This document shows positions 60,678 through 64,000 of a DNA stretch of 64,000 nt, piece after piece. Positions within the stretch are counted from its first letter, which is position 1, and each line of letters begins with the position of its first letter. The notes under the pieces were generated by a model. The model was not told the origin of the DNA. It searched no databases and saw only the letters and a list, made by a program, of their open reading frames with translations. This DNA is from an uncultured bacterium (lineage in GTDB: Bacteria > Auribacterota > Erginobacteria > Erginobacterales > Erginobacteraceae): positions 288,001-352,000 of the forward strand of contig CAWGIE010000031.1 of assembly GCA_963822585.1 (NCBI GenBank), given 5' to 3'. The position numbers and the translations under genes are program-made.

Positions 60678-62222
60678 TCATAACTGCGATCGATCCGTTC
60701 CCGATTCGACGCCTTCATTCTCACTCCAGTTTACAGAGGGTTCTCTGATCATTTGCGTTCCGGATTTCAGCTTCAAACAAATATCTTTAAGGTATCCCTT
60801 ATCCTCAGGGTTTAAGATGATCAACCAGAGACCGCCGAAATATAAGAGCGGCAACAGAACAATGCTCAGAGGGAGAAAGGGAATCAGATATTTGCTCAAA
60901 CCGGCGATGAAACCGGAGATAAAAGCGAGAACGAGCAGTTGAAAGAGGCGGCGGAAAGGAAATCTGATCTTGATTATTCTCGTCAGGATGAAAATCATAC
61001 CCCCGGTGGTTACCAGATGGGAAAGTACCTTTGCCGCCGCCGCCCCATTGATGCCCCAGTGCCTGGTGAAGATCATCAGAGCGGGCAGGAGAACTACCGC
61101 CCCCGCTACATAATTAATGGTGTTCAGTTTAGTGTATCCGCACCCCACCAGCAGCGCGGAACCGGGATTGGTAATAACGCTCAAAATGAAGGTCCCCCCC
61201 AGTATGAGGAGAATATCCGCGGCCGGAGAAAATTCTTTCGTGAAGAGGATGGTGATTAATTCCCGGCGGAAGATAACCAGGACGAGTGAGGTAAAAAAGA
61301 AGACGATCGCGTAGTAAAAAACATTTTTCCCGTAGGCACGGGAGAGAACTTCTTTTCCCTGAAGCGAGAGCTTGGAGTAAGACGGGACCAGGACCTCGGT
61401 CAGGGAAAGCGGGAGTCTCCGGGCGGCGGTAAAAACAACCAGACCGGCGGAGAACAGGCCCATTTCTTTCACGCCGAAATACATCCCCAGAGTGAACCGA
61501 TCGAACCATTCCACAAAAAAGGCAAGATAGGACATGAAAATAATCGGAAGAGCGAACCGGAAGGATTTTTTTATCTCATCGCCTGAGAAAACCGGCCCCA
61601 GCATCCCCTGCCGGACGGCCAGGATCGAGCCGAGCAATCCGGATACCAGATACCCGGCCACGAGCAAAAGATAAACGGGGAAGGGAGCTACCAGATAGAC
61701 ATACCCGGCTCCGGCGAGCATGGCGATCATTGATGATATCGAGATCACAAACGCCCGGATATTCTGAAACAAACTTAAAAAGAGCGTCGATGTCAGCATG
61801 GATTGCGCGGACAGAATCAAGGTCAGACCGAGAAAAATAGCCAGGCTGCGATCCGCGGGAAGATTCACCAATTTCGCCAGGGCAGCGGTGAAGAACTGGG
61901 AACCGATCGCTACCAGCAGGCAGGTGAGAGTAGTAAAGAGAAAGATGGAAGAGAAAAGTGACCGGGCCCGCAGAAACTGGTTTTTTTCTTCATATTCGGC
62001 GACGAATTTAAGAACCGCCCGGGGAAGCGCGAACATGGATATCGTTCCGAAGAGACTGAGAAACATCATGAACCCCGCGTACTTACCCATTCCTTCGGGC
62101 CCATAAACGCGGGCGATAACCATGCGGACCACGATTGCCATGGCCAGGGACAGGGCGCTCCCGAGAAAGGTGATCGTCCCGGCCCGGATGATCCGATGTT
62201 TGATTGATGATTTAGTGCCCAT
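60678..62222 (-). CDS. Wzx-type oligosaccharide flippase
   Basis: IARVYGPEGMGKY, DRFTLG..FG...GLF, WGINGAA; ~12-14 TM segments. Confidence 0.85.
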   Translation of the reverse strand: MGTKSSIKHRIIRAGTITFLGSALSLAMAIVVRMVIARVYGPEGMGKYAGFMMFLSLFGTISMFALPRAVLKFVAEYEEKNQFLRARSLFSSIFLFTTLTCLLVAIGSQFFTAALAKLVNLPADRSLAIFLGLTLILSAQSMLTSTLFLSLFQNIRAFVISISSMIAMLAGAGYVYLVAPFPVYLLLVAGYLVSGLLGSILAVRQGMLGPVFSGDEIKKSFRFALPIIFMSYLAFFVEWFDRFTLGMYFGVKEMGLFSAGLVVFTAARRLPLSLTEVLVPSYSKLSLQGKEVLSRAYGKNVFYYAIVFFFTSLVLVIFRRELITILFTKEFSPAADILLILGGTFILSVITNPGSALLVGCGYTKLNTINYVAGAVVLLPALMIFTRHWGINGAAAAKVLSHLVTTGGMIFILTRIIKIRFPFRRLFQLLVLAFISGFIAGLSKYLIPFLPLSIVLLPLLYFGGLWLIILNPEDKGYLKDICLKLKSGTQMIREPSVNWSENEGVESGTDRSQL

Positions 62223-62231
62223 CTCTCTATT

Positions 62232-63440
62232 TCATGATTGCTCCGGTCTCATTAGATTCTTATAGATACCGAGCAAATTCTCAACATATGTTTTCCAATC
62301 ATATAAACGTTCCGCCTTCCGGCGGGCATTCGTCCCCAGATGCCGACGGAGATCCGGCGCGCTCGCCAATCGGTTGATCGCGACGGCAAGGGCGTCAATC
62401 AGTTTATCATTATGCTCGCCGGTGGCCGATGAACCCGAGGGAAGCATCCGGTCTAACAGAATGCCCGTATCTCCATCAGTAATGTAATCGGGCATGCTTC
62501 CCACCCGGGTGGCGATAACTGCTTTCCCCGTTGCCATAGCCTCAATCAGGGTGAGAGGGCTCCCTTCGGATAGAGAAGGGAGTACCAGTACATCCGCCGC
62601 GTTCATGTAATCGGGGACCATTTCATGGGGAATTTCTCCCGTGAAGGTGAACGCCTCGTTCCGGCCGGAATGAGCCGCACCGTCTCGCAGGGCATCCGCG
62701 AGTTCACCCGAACCGACCAGGAGGAATTTCGATCCTTCTTTTGTTTCGAGCGATTTTAACGCCGCCTGAAGGAACGAGCACGGGTCCTTGATGGGATGGA
62801 AGCGGCCTATAAAAGCGACAACCGTTTCCCCGGGGTCCCAGCCATAACGTCGGCAGATTGCCGTCCGGGCCTCCGGCCGGGGAGAAAAAATGTCGGTATC
62901 GACACAATTAGGCAGTACTGTAACGCGCTGGGGGAGGACGGAATAATTCACGAGTTGCTCTTTCAGTCCGTTGCCAACGGCGATGAATCGGTCCGTTCTT
63001 CGCATCACCCATTTCATCAAAGGCCGCAGCCAGGGCACTTCCCAGTTGAGGAAAAGTCCCGAACCGTGACAGGTGACGACCAGGGGAATCCGGGAAAATT
63101 TCCGAAAAAGGGCGCCGGCAACACCGCAGGGATAGATCTGGTGCGAATGGATAATGTCAAAAGGGCTCTCCCGGTGTAGCTTGCGGGCCAGGCAGGCGGC
63201 TCGCAGAGAGAAAAGGCGATAGCGAAAGTAATAGACGGGGAGGATGGTGTCCCGGAGGCGATAAACGCGGACTCCTTCTTTTTTTTCAAAGTCCGGGAAA
63301 ATCCTGCCCCGATAATTTTTTGAACCGATCAGCGTCACGGAATGACCCGCCCGAACCAACCGCCGGGAGAGCTCCCAGACGTGGGTTTCCAGACCTCCGA
63401 CGATCGGGGGCAACGTGGTGGTGATCATGCAGATGTTCAT
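62232..63440 (-). CDS. GT4 glycosyltransferase
   Basis: PPIVGGLETHV, EGSPLTLIEAMATGK. Confidence 0.9.
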   Translation of the reverse strand: MNICMITTTLPPIVGGLETHVWELSRRLVRAGHSVTLIGSKNYRGRIFPDFEKKEGVRVYRLRDTILPVYYFRYRLFSLRAACLARKLHRESPFDIIHSHQIYPCGVAGALFRKFSRIPLVVTCHGSGLFLNWEVPWLRPLMKWVMRRTDRFIAVGNGLKEQLVNYSVLPQRVTVLPNCVDTDIFSPRPEARTAICRRYGWDPGETVVAFIGRFHPIKDPCSFLQAALKSLETKEGSKFLLVGSGELADALRDGAAHSGRNEAFTFTGEIPHEMVPDYMNAADVLVLPSLSEGSPLTLIEAMATGKAVIATRVGSMPDYITDGDTGILLDRMLPSGSSATGEHNDKLIDALAVAINRLASAPDLRRHLGTNARRKAERLYDWKTYVENLLGIYKNLMRPEQS

Positions 63441-63666
63441 AGAAATTAGCTCGCTGCGCTCGCAAATTTATGTAGGATCGTCCTTCACTCCGTGAAGGAC
63501 TCGTACCGCTGTAGTATCGCCTTGATTTGCGGCAAGCTTGCCGAAACTGCAAGCGGAGCGACTCCTGCAATTACTACAAAGAATGCCGAAGGCATTCTGA
63601 TCCTGCAAGTCCTGTCGCAGACCCTGAAGCTTGCCGAAGGGCAGCGCAGCGAAAGGACGATACTAC
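63438..63666 (-). mobile_element. ~210-bp palindromic dispersed element, copy C (with a small internal insertion)
   Basis: Reverse complement of copies A and B; fills the gap from the upstream stop to ATG 63440. Confidence 0.75.
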
Positions 63667-64000
63667 TCACACTAACTTTATGTTTTTAACATCGCTAAAA
63701 ATGGCCGGTCTTTCCGCGGGATCAACATTTTGCCTCCAGGCCGCATAGCGGTTATAACAGCTGATAAAAAGCGGCATCAGCCCGAACGGCCGAAGTATGC
63801 GGGCAAGAGCACCGGATATCCGGTCCCGGCCGCGGGGGTTGATCCGGGGAACAATGCGGGTAAACTTCCCGTTGAAATCGATTGCCTGGCCTGCTTCAAG
63901 GCGCTTGATCTGCGGCAGAGAGGGATTGACCAGATAGCGGTCGAGTTCGGCGCCCCTTTTGTATTCAGAGGCGAATTCCCTGTTCTGATATCGTGCCCGT
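63667..64000 (-). CDS. 3' end of a hypothetical protein (partial)
   Basis: Open frame RARYQNREFASEY...KNIKLV, TGA at 63669-63667. Confidence 0.55.
   Translation of the reverse strand, partial: RARYQNREFASEYKRGAELDRYLVNPSLPQIKRLEAGQAIDFNGKFTRIVPRINPRGRDRISGALARILRPFGLMPLFISCYNRYAAWRQNVDPAERPAIFSDVKNIKLV

Overview
Bacterial, GC-rich cell-surface region, probably from an uncultured PVC-related lineage (inferred from protein style, not tested). It has four parts. (i) 1-10.2 kb: two minus-strand secreted modular proteins with Pro/Thr linkers and a shared C-terminal FG-GAP/VCBS-like repeat domain. One is a >2570-aa giant (<1..7714) absent from the ORF track, with an EEP nuclease/phosphatase domain, two SBBP propellers and five copies of a ~135-aa domain I cannot name. 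(ii) 10.5-46.8 kb and 54.8-64 kb: a very large surface-glycan locus with 10 GT4-type enzymes, a GT2, a GT9, 4-5 GT-C membrane transferases, 2 flippases, 2 WecA paralogues, 3 membrane sulfatase-fold proteins, 2 SGNH proteins, a deacetylase and methyltransferases. (iii) 46.8-54.5 kb, the main candidate novel system: a RiPP-like cassette embedded in the glycan locus. It has a radical SAM/SPASM enzyme, a 52-aa three-Cys precursor with a lasso-type YxPPxV leader, an HPr-kinase-like P-loop protein, an S26 Ser/His peptidase, a PorU-like C25 peptidase, a nucleotidyltransferase and a stand-alone PqqD/RRE, but no lasso cyclase. (iv) Many small repeat elements: REP hairpins, TIR-bounded MITEs (two insertions in frame within genes), 7-9-mer arrays, and a ~210-bp palindromic element that ends at the ATG of three different GT4 genes. 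No rRNA, tRNA, CRISPR array or intact transposase was recognised.
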